Of a stretch of 64,000 nucleotides of DNA, positions 53,652-64,000 are shown piece after piece; within the stretch, counting starts at the first letter, position 1; every line of letters begins with the position of its first letter. Location of the stretch: contig CP068257.2 of NCBI GenBank assembly GCA_009914755.4, forward strand, positions 38,944,001-39,008,000. The letters run 5' to 3'. The notes under the pieces are model-generated. The model searched no databases. It saw only the letters and a program-made list of their open reading frames with translations, and was not told the origin of the DNA. This DNA comes from the human T2T-CHM13v2.0 reference genome, Homo sapiens. Position numbers and translations under genes: made by a program.

Positions 53652-53957
53652 GTTATTAATTAATTAATTAATTTTGGGACAGGGTCTCACTCTGTCACCC
53701 AGGCTGGAGTGCAGTGGCACAATCATGGCTCACTGCAGCCTCGAGCTCCTGGGCTCAAGCAGTCCTCCATCCTCAGGCCCCTGCATAGCTTGGACTGCAG
53801 GTATGTGACACCATGACCAGCTATTTTTTGTATTTTTAGAAAAGATGGGATTTTGCCATGTTGCCCAGGCTGGACTGGAACTCCTGGACTCAAGTCATCT
53901 ACCTGCCTTGGCCTCACAAAGTGCTGGTACTACAGGCATGAGCCACCGCGCCCAGCC
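53652..53957 (-). mobile_element. Alu SINE (older subfamily) whose tail is now a (TTAA)n microsatellite; TSD tgcttcagatt
   Basis: ttattaattaattaattaatttt, then gggacagggtctcactctgtcacccaggctggagtgcagtggcacaatcatggctcactgcagcctcgagctcctgggctcaagcagtcctccatcctcaggcccctgcatagcttggactgcaggtatgtgacaccatgaccagctattttttgtatttttagaaaagatgggattttgccatgttgcccaggctggactggaactcctggactcaagtcatctacctgccttggcctcacaaagtgctggtactacaggcatgagccaccgcgcccagcc. The flanks are tgcttcagattg ... tgcttcagattt. Confidence 0.92.
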
Positions 53958-55725
53958 TGCTTCAGATTTTTAAATCACGATTTTGCCGTTGTTGTTTCCC
54001 CAGATGGGTTTAGAAAGAGTGAAACTATGCACATCATATGAAATTTTCAATGCCAGAAGAAGCAATTCAACAAAATTGTTGCCATAAAATTTGTACTGGA
54101 GCAAGATAGAACACCTGTTTAGTTATCAATTAATACCTTTTCATTATGTTTTGCCTGGCTTTCTGTCTCCTTTGCCTGGCTTTCTGTGCAATGATACCTG
54201 GGCTAGGGTTATTTATGATTTGTAGCAAGGACGGCAATTAAGATTTATGCTTGTGGGGAAATGCTTGGCATCTCTGCTCTGTGAGAATAACACAAGGTAG
54301 TGATCTTTCTAATCCTGCAGTGTGGAAGGGATGAACTTCTGTGAGAAAAGGAAAGATGACTCAGGAAGGGGAGAGCATTGTTAGGACTGAATTGTTGGGG
54401 AAGATGGTAAAAAAGATGTTGGGAAATATCAACTGGAGGAGAGGTAAGTGGATAAAATAGAAACCCTTATTAGAATTAGGAGCTAATGGGAGGCCAGCAT
54501 TTGCTTTGACAGAGGACAGGCAGGCCTTGCCTGGGAAAGTCTAGCTCCAGGATGGGCAGATGGTGGTGAGACTATCACGGCTGCCTCAAGCTCTGGTTAG
54601 ATTCTTATTACTCAGTGCTCTTATATCAAGATGATTCTGGTGACAGTCCAACAAAGAGGTCACAGTTCACGTGGGATTAATTTAAAAGAGGCCACAATCC
54701 TGCCTCATAGGGAGACGGACTATTTCTTAGGTTCACAGGATACCTTTCTTGACAACCAAACACCTTTAAAACAAGCACGGGGCTTGGGACATAGTCCACA
54801 CGAACATCTCGAGGATTCTGGGCTGAGAAACAGCATATTTAAATCTCTCATCAAAAATGAAATTCAGAAAGCCCAGCGAGACAATATCCACTCTTTACTG
54901 TAGAAAGAAAAAAATGCCCACATTTCTGGGAGGAAATTGCAGACCATCTGCTGCCCTGACGGCCACTCGGTGTACATTTCTCCCCTCCATCTCGGACACT
55001 GCACCCAGCCGTTGTGGACCTGAACTTGTGTCCTACCTTTGGTTTGCCCCTTCAGCAAACTGAGCAAACTAGAGAAATAAGGCAAACCAAGGAACAGCCC
55101 TAGATGTCTGTAAAGAGCCCAGCACGGGCTGCCCATGACCCTGGGGCTGGCAAGGCCCCATCCCCTCCATCAGAGTAGAAGCGGCTTCCAGCTTCCGGTG
55201 GGAACATATGTGCTTATACGACTTTATGTGTGGGGCTGTGTGATTCTGCCAAAGTGCTTGAATTTGGCACTTCTCCTGTGTCTGATTCCATCCCCTCCCC
55301 TCCCCCAATAAAAATGCACTTCCATAGGCTCTGCCTCTAATCTGCATAATAAGATTCAGTTTTACATGAACCATGTCCACGACCTCAGGGCCAGGCATCA
55401 GGGTGGCCGTCACCTAATCATGTTTCCCTAAGTGTGTTTCATGGGAGGTGAATATCCAAGGTCTTAAAAAGATGAGACCTATGCAAGGTCCAGTCAGCTT
55501 TGAAATGCACTGGCTTAGAGTTAACAGCAGTTTTGCTGCAGGACTTCTCAGGGCTTTTGATATGTTCATTGCAAACCCTCTAAAGAGTGAGAGTGCTTGC
55601 AGAATTTCTCCAAGTACATTTCACCCTAGAACCTTCTCTTCAGAGCAGCTTTGTCCCACAAAATATAACATGAGACATAAATGTGAACTGCATATGTGGT
55701 TTCAGATTTTCAAAAAGTCATATAA

Positions 55726-56088
<363 letters not shown>

Positions 56089-59000
56089 TAACACAGCGTA
56101 TCAAAACTATTATCATTTCCACATGTAATTCATATGAAATATCAATGAGACAATTGATACCCTTTGATGTGACACCATGTCTTTGAAAAAGGGTATGTAT
56201 TTTATGGCACCCTCAATTCAGACCAGCCATACTTTGACTGCCCAACACTGTGTGTGGCCAGGGCTACCCTACTGGATGGTGCAGATCCAGCATGTCTCAG
56301 GAGACTATTATTTCACAAAGTTGGTGTCATTTGAGATGCACAGGTAAGCACTCTTTCCTAAGGTTGGCTAATGTAATGTTGACTCATTAGTAAATATTTA
56401 GTAAGTGCCAACTGTGTGCAGGACAGTTTTCTAGGTGCTATGCAAATAGCTCTGAACCACACACTATGCCCTTGCCCTCATGGGACTTCAGTGAAGCATA
56501 TACTAAATCACACAACTAATTATTTGATAATTCTGGATGCTAAGACAGGGAAGCTTGACTGCACCCATGGGTCAGTGGAGGTTGCCCCTACTAAGTGACA
56601 TTTAAACAGAGACTTGGAAGATAGCTTGGCTTTAGCTAAACAGTGTGCAAAGAGAGGAACATGAGGTGGGACAACCACCATAGTTAGAGAAATAAAGGAT
56701 CAGTGGATTTGAAATACACAGAGCAGGACTCAGAGAGCACATTGTGAGATGAGTCTGGTCAGCAGGAACATACAGGCTGTTTGGGGTGAGTGCTGGATTC
56801 TATCTGAAAAGCAATGGGAAGCCTTGGAAGGTTGTACGCTTAGAGGGTGACATGATCCAACACGATTTTATAGAAATTAAATATGTCTTCAAGTTCTTTG
56901 CTGCTCTGCTCATTGAGATTTATAATTTAATTCCCCTCTCTCTTTGAATTCTGACTGGTCCTACTGACTTGCTTGACCAAGAGAATCTGGTGGATGTGAG
57001 GTCCTGAGATCTCCAAGTTCGGGTCCTTAGAAGCCTTGCAGTCCACCCCAGTCTTTGGGAGAACATTCTCTTGAAGCCCTGAAGTGTGACTACCCAGAAA
57101 GCACCATGCTAGAGATAGCATGTGGATGGGACACTTGGCAATGAGCTGAAGAGAAGCAAATATCAGCTCATGAATGACAATGACCTCTACAAATCCCCAA
57201 GTCAGATTTGCCGCGAGGAGAAAGAGATTTCTGTCTACTGGCCATTGGTGTCTACCCAGCAGAGGTCCTAGGCATCCTGGAGCAGACGGGAGTTGCTCCA
57301 CTGAGTCCTGTCCAAATCTCATGTTTACAAACATAGCCAATGGCAGTTTTAAGGGGATGTTTGTTATACAGCATGAGGATGTCTGTTATATGTTATCAAA
57401 GGGTTTTGATAATCCCTCTGGCTGAAGTGTGGAGATGGACAAACTGCAAGGGAAGAAGGACATGTGTGGACAATAGTAACTGAACCAGAATGTGGCAGGA
57501 ATATGGAAGGCAGTGGCTGAGTGAAGACACACTGAGAGGTCACCCTGAAAACCCTCCCTGTCTTGGTAGGGAGGGGAGATTGTTGTTTTCTCCATTTCTG
57601 TTTTCTCCTCCTTCATTTTTTCTTTCCAGGTTCAAGAATTAAGACAGGAATCTTTAATCCTTGTCCCTTTACTGTCTTTCCCATATGTTTTCAAGTTGGC
57701 TCAAGAGTATTGGTGGCCACTTGACCAAGAGAGTAACAGATAGATGGCTGTGACAGATGGTGTGTAGTATGTGATGACGAAAATCTCTATTGATTCAGCC
57801 TCAGAAAGAATATTTGGGTTTATCTGAAAACTGCACATCATGGTCAAGTGGCTTAAAAATAAAATTAAGTTAGATAAAGATTAAAACATATACTCTCACC
57901 TCATTGTAGCTAATTAAAAGTCACTAAAATGTTTTAAATAGGAACAAACATTATTAATGGCAAATAGGGAAAAGTGTTCCCAAAAACCTAACTGACATTC
58001 CATTGGGTACATTTGTCTATGGTTTGTGCACCAAAGCAAAGCCACATCCCAGCACCACTTTGGAAAATACATATGGAATGCTGTTTCACTGGTTCATTTA
58101 ACAGTGATATTTTCATTTGTGTTTATCTATAGTGGTTTTATATTCCTAATTCTTAAAAAAAAGATTTTTTAAAAATTGTAACATCTAAGGCAAAATTAAA
58201 CAAGAGATTTCTCAGAAGTCTCTAAGAAAACCTTCTGTCCTGTGCCTCATTAATTCATCAATATAATGCAAATTAATTGCCACTGCATTAAAAAAAAATT
58301 GTTAGAATAGAGATCCGGATGTAAAAGTTGCCCTAGCATGCCGCACTGCTGAGACGAGCTATTACAGCCCACTTTTCCACTTCACTTTAGGGGGATCTGT
58401 AGCTACTAGTTCTTCTTTAGGAAGTAAAATTGGCTGCACCTGGGCATATTATTAGCTGCTCACCACAGGGAATCTCATGCTGATGGGCTATAATTTAGCA
58501 GAGAAGGAAAAAAAAAAAAGGCAATCCAATTAAAATGAAGCACATCACTTGGTGCCCATTTGCTGATTGCTTGTCAGAATCTATTATCTTGTATTTAACA
58601 AATATGGGATAATTAGAAAAGGAATGAGTATGAGACAATCAAAATTTGGGGAGCAAATCGTTATCCTTGCACAAAAGAAAAACTCTGAGTCCTCCTAATC
58701 CATCCTATCAAAGGAAAAAAGCACACCCATATATTCCCCTGTGAGATGCACAGATAATTTGAGAAGACTCCTGTCACCCAGTCCCACCCCAGTCCCAATC
58801 CTGGCACTGCCCCCGGGGGCCCAGCCTAAGGTGGCCTGTCCTGCTGAGTGCAGCCCCAGGCCTCAGTCATGAGGCCATGGAAGTCAGATGCAGTCATGGA
58901 AGTCATGGAAGAGAGATGCAGGCTGTAGACCACCCTAAGGGTTTTTTAGAGTCAAGAAATTTTTGTTTTGTTTTCCTTTTCATGTACTTGGTAAATTTAA

Positions 59001-59725
59001 ACAGGCTGACATCCTGATTTAAAACAAACAAACAAAAAATACCAGTAAGGTTTTGTTTAAAGGGTTTCTGGCTACTCCTTAACAATCAAGGTTGTTTTAA
59101 TTATAATGAAAAGCTACTTACAAACACCAAACTGTTGAGATTTTTTAAAAATTAGAAATCATTAAGATTGGCAAGTTCATGGGAAAAAAGACCTACTGTG
59201 TGAAATTTGGAACAACTTTTATGGAGGATAACTGGCCATGAGTTTCAATTGTTTGAAAAATGTGCTCACTCTTTGGTTCAGAAATTCTACCACCAAGATA
59301 TAGTCTGGAGGTAAAATTATATATGCACATAGATTTGATTAAACATGTTAATCACAGCCTGACATGTGACTGCAAATAAATGGTAACAGTTGTATGTCCA
59401 GTAACGGAAGTGCTGACTATCGTATGAGATGAGATGGAATACCATGCGGCCATTCTACATTCTTCCATGATGCAGAAGAATATTGCAGGTCGATGTGGTA
59501 TCAATGAAACAGGCACATGTTTCAGAAGAACATCAACAGGATTACATGATATACATTATGTATAAATTGCTGCATAAATTATGACTACCTGTGCATGCAT
59601 CTCTATATACACACACTTATGCCACATGTATAAATATATATTTATGTTTTTATTATATATTTTATATACATTATGTATATATGTATGCATGTGCACACAC
59701 ACACACGTTTTAAAAGTAGATGGGG

Positions 59726-59985
59726 GCCAGGCGTAGTGGCTCACGCCTGTAATCCCAACACTTTGGGAGGCCGAGGCGGGCAGATCACCTAAGGTCAGAA
59801 GTTTGAGACCAGCCTGACCAACATGGCGAAACCCCATCTCTACTAAAAATACAAAAATTAGCCAGGCATGGTGGCACACACCTGTAAACCCAGGAGAATG
59901 CCTTGAACCAGGAGGTGGAGGTTGCAGTGAGCCAAGATCATGCCATTGCACTCCAGTCTGGGCGACAGAGAGAGACTCTGTCTCA

Positions 59986-60005
<20 letters not shown>
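59726..60005 (+). mobile_element. Alu SINE with a ~25 bp internal deletion in the right arm; preceded by (AC)n / TA-rich simple sequence at 59570-59707
   Basis: ggccaggcgtagtggctcacgcctgtaatcccaacactttgggaggccgaggcgggcagatcacctaaggtcagaagtttgagaccagcctgaccaacatggcgaaaccccatctctactaaaaatacaaaaattagccaggcatggtggcacacacctgtaaacccaggagaatgccttgaaccaggaggtggaggttgcagtgagccaagatcatgccattgcactccagtctgggcgacagagagagactctgtctcaaaaaaaaaaaaaaaaa. The segment tcccagctactcgggaggctgaggcag is missing. Confidence 0.9.
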
Positions 60006-60017
<12 letters not shown>

Positions 60018-60693
60018 TTGATGGGAATATTATATACCAAAATGTTAACAGCAATTTTCTCTAAATGATGAATCTATGAATAATTTTTATCAGCTTTATT
60101 TTTTTTTAAAGTTCTGCTTTACTATTAAAATCTGAAAAGAAAAAAAGAGCACTTTAAGAGTGATCTCTTCATCATTATCTTCAATGGCTCTGAAAAACAA
60201 AAAACGTGGTGGGTAAGAAAGTCAGACAACATGGCTAAATATTCCCCAACAAATTCGTACCCTTTCTTTCCGAGATCTTTCATTATTTTGAGTGGTGATA
60301 TTGCTTCCTAAGAGATTATGACACATCTTACATGCATGAGCTGCATTCATTTCAAACCTAAGAAAAGCAGGGTACCTCAGACCACAGCTAAGCTGGATGT
60401 ATTAAGTGGCCTGGGATGTGTAATAACATGCAGACAGATGGAGCTAAAGTCTTTCCTGGGCAGAGAGCTCTATATCAACAAACGTCAAAAATGTGATATG
60501 GGCAGTCTTTGCCTGTGTCCTGGGTCTTCGGCTCTATTAAAAAAAGAAAAAATATTTTAAATGCATATCATTAAAGGCCACGGGCAGATAATGTGCTTCC
60601 CTAGAACACCAGCCCAAGGACTCATGTGTGGCTGTCATGAAGTCTTCAAGAAAGCTCCCTTTCTGATAGAAATGATAACGTTTTGAAATCAAA

Positions 60694-60714
60694 TCAAACA
60701 CACACACACACACA
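60694..60714. repeat. (CA)n microsatellite
   Basis: caaacacacacacacacacatgc. Confidence 0.9.
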
Positions 60715-61441
60715 TGCATACAAGATCCATGCAAACAACACAAGAGGCCTCGGTTATTATTTTTGAATTACCTTGTGTATGAGTCAGCTCCTGTTCTTGG
60801 TTGGAAGCAGAAATAACTGAACTTGTCTGACTTTAGCAGAAAGGGCTTCACTGAAAGGTTACTGAAGAAAGCACAGAATGACTGGGAAGTTTTTGACAAC
60901 TGCAGTGTGCAGGAAAGAGCTAGCTGCCTGACAGTGCCAGAGTCTCACATCTCTTCAGGAAGGCCTAACTGACCCTTGGCCAGCTCCTGAAAACTTGGCC
61001 CTGCAATATTCCCTGCGCTGCTAATTAATAAGGTTGTTTTGTACACCCGGGGTCCTGACACATGCTGCCCAAGCTTATCTAGTTGGTTCGTACCAAGTCA
61101 ATAGCATGATTTACGGTGGTCACGTTTCCTCCTGGAAATAGGTGCCTGTGTGACCAGCTCCTGATAAAAGCTCTAGCCTCTGAGACCCAAGCTGCCCTCC
61201 CTGGGCTTAGACACTTGGCTTACATCACTGAAGTTCATTGCTGGAGGAGTGAGTGTGTCTTGCGCAAATCCACAGGAAGACTTTGGAGGCCACTGCTGGG
61301 TCTCCTCTAGACACTGCCTGGTGCATTTGTTTTCCTTGCTGATGCCACTGCGTGTTTTTTCACTGTAATGAACCATAGTCCTGAGTCTCCCTGAGCCCTG
61401 TGAGCCCTTCTAGTGAGTCACGGAACTTAAGAATGGTTATT

Positions 61442-62129
<688 letters not shown>

Positions 62130-64000
62130 CAGAATGAGTCTTGAGTAAATGTTGCTGCTGCCATCACAGAACACCAGAGGCCACAATCTACCCCCTCCCA
62201 GCTCCTTCTAGGACCCGAGCAGGACACTGGAGATCCACTGGCTCCCAGGTACTGTAACTGAGACTAGGGTTTCTCAAGCTTGGCGCTGTAGACATTTGGA
62301 GTCAGACAATTGTTTTTCGTGGGAACATTCTATGCATCATAGTATGCGTAAGCAGCACCCCTGGTCCTTGCACACTAAATGCCAGCAGCTCCCTCCCAGT
62401 CGTTATGGTTGAAACTGTCTGCTGACATTGCCATATGACTTCTGGGGTCAAACTTGTGCTCAGTTGAGGAGCACTGACTTAGAAGAAGCTAGGTCAGGTG
62501 TCCATAGAGTAGCTACAAGCACATCTAGAAATAGAGACTCTGCTGACTCAGATTCTGCAACTTCTTCCTTCCCACCAAAATTCCTACTGCAGAGCAATGC
62601 CAGACAGAGGACGGGTGTTCCAACGCGAAGCAGGCAAAACACCGGCACCCACCCACTTTGCAACACACTTGGGGCTTTTGTCAATATGGCTGCCTGGGTG
62701 AAGGTGAAGCCTCACGAACCATAGGAATTGTCAGGTCTGCTTTCTAAGGAGAACTTTATTCACTGACATTCTGGCTCCTGAATTAAGAGCTGTGCGGGAC
62801 TGATTAAAAAGGTGTCATTGTATTAAGAAATGAAAGCCTCGTGTTTCAATAAGCATCTCTGATAAGAAGAAAATTGCTAGTTAGTACACATGAAATCAAC
62901 AGGCTGCTTGATGCCTATCGAAATGTGTGCTCCGTTTTCAGAAAATCCAAACGAAGAAGGAATAAATACATTTTAAAATGTTACTGGGTAAAATCCACTG
63001 ATGAGCTCTCCGTGGTCTTTGCCTTTATGGAACTTCCACATGACATCCTCTAAAGGGGGAGGGCAGGAGGGGTGCTTGTTGCCGTGGCAGCAGGTGCGGT
63101 GTGGGGAATGGTCTCTAGCGCTGCATGGCAGCGCTGTCCTCACAGCAGCTGCCACCCTGCTTTCACCCTGATGGCCTGGGAGGCGGAGTTTCATGAGAGA
63201 GAAGCATGAATCTGCATCCAGAACATCTGGGTTTATTAGGCCTAGGATTTTTCTGCACATTTGTGCTTTGTCAAATAATATAATAAGTTCCTAAAAGTCA
63301 GAGGGTAGATATAAATTAATTGAAACAGGAGAGCACAACCCAAAACATGCTTTTACAGAGAACTCTGAGAAAAAAAAAAAAGTGGAGAAACAAAAGAGGC
63401 TCTCCAAGCTTCCAGACTGTGAGCTAGCGCAGAGACAATGATCAGAGAGATTGACTGGGAGAATGGAGAGGTGGCAGCTGGTCAGTTTGCTGCATCGCCG
63501 CCCCCCAGTCCTCATTCCTCCTTCTTATAGCAATCACAGGGCACTTGGCTGCAGAACTCAGGCAGGAGCAGCGCCTGGAGGTGGAAGGGACAACATGGCA
63601 GAAACTCAAGTGTCTACCAAGACCCAGGAAGAAGGGGAGAGACTTTGCAGCTCCTGGCATGACAGGCCTCGCAATCTGTCCTGCCTCTACCTCAGAATTA
63701 CTCGAAATAGGCTGAAGCAAGCAGTATGCCACTTAAACCCACCGGGTAAAAGGAAAGCTCAAATATAAAGATAAGCAATTTTAAAAAAAACAAAAGCAAC
63801 ACCATTAAAGTGAGGCATACACATTTAAAAAAAGTAGAGTAAATAGCATCTCATGAAGTGGGGTTAATATAACAAAAGGAAGTAAACTTTAAGTGAAGTA
63901 TAGCATTCTGAGATGAATGTCAGAGGATCCTTCTCCCATGAAACTATACCAGATTTATTATAATATGTGATATTTCTAAAATAAGAATAAAATATACACA

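Overview
This 64 kb window reads as human or great-ape genomic DNA, not prokaryotic sequence. It is AT-rich, and well over half of it is interspersed repeats. The repeats I can recognise directly are about 23 Alu copies (several young, AluY-like, with intact target-site duplications), several LINE-1 copies of different ages in both orientations, at least nine ERVL-MaLR solo LTRs (THE1/MST-type and a related subtype), a solo LTR7 (HERV-H LTR), a roughly 1.5 kb LTR12-family (ERV9) LTR, MIR SINE fragments, and Tigger1- and Tigger2-type DNA-transposon fragments. I see no convincing protein-coding exon, rRNA, tRNA or CRISPR array. Every long ORF in the supplied track falls inside a repeat (Alu, L1 ORF1 remnant, LTR, minisatellite) and is treated as an artefact. 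I find no operon-like or defence-system-like organisation and nothing that qualifies as a novel biological system. This looks like a repeat-dense intergenic or deep-intronic region. The most interesting features are structural: (i) a nested retroelement cluster at about 14.7-26 kb, where an old L1 carries a solo LTR7, an LTR12-like LTR, Alus, and a tiny L1 tail with an apparent 3' transduction; (ii) a CpG-rich block at 22.1-22.5 kb with a split 75 bp internal duplication; (iii) a roughly 118 bp near-perfect AT-rich palindrome next to a roughly 350 bp minisatellite at 8.2-8.7 kb; (iv) a candidate L1 5'-inversion (twin-priming) junction at about 44.15 kb; (v) two pairs of closely spaced same-orientation MaLR LTRs; and (vi) two closely spaced inverted pairs of young Alus. 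All coordinates are approximate to about 10 bp. Family names come from my memory of consensus sequences, not from a database search.
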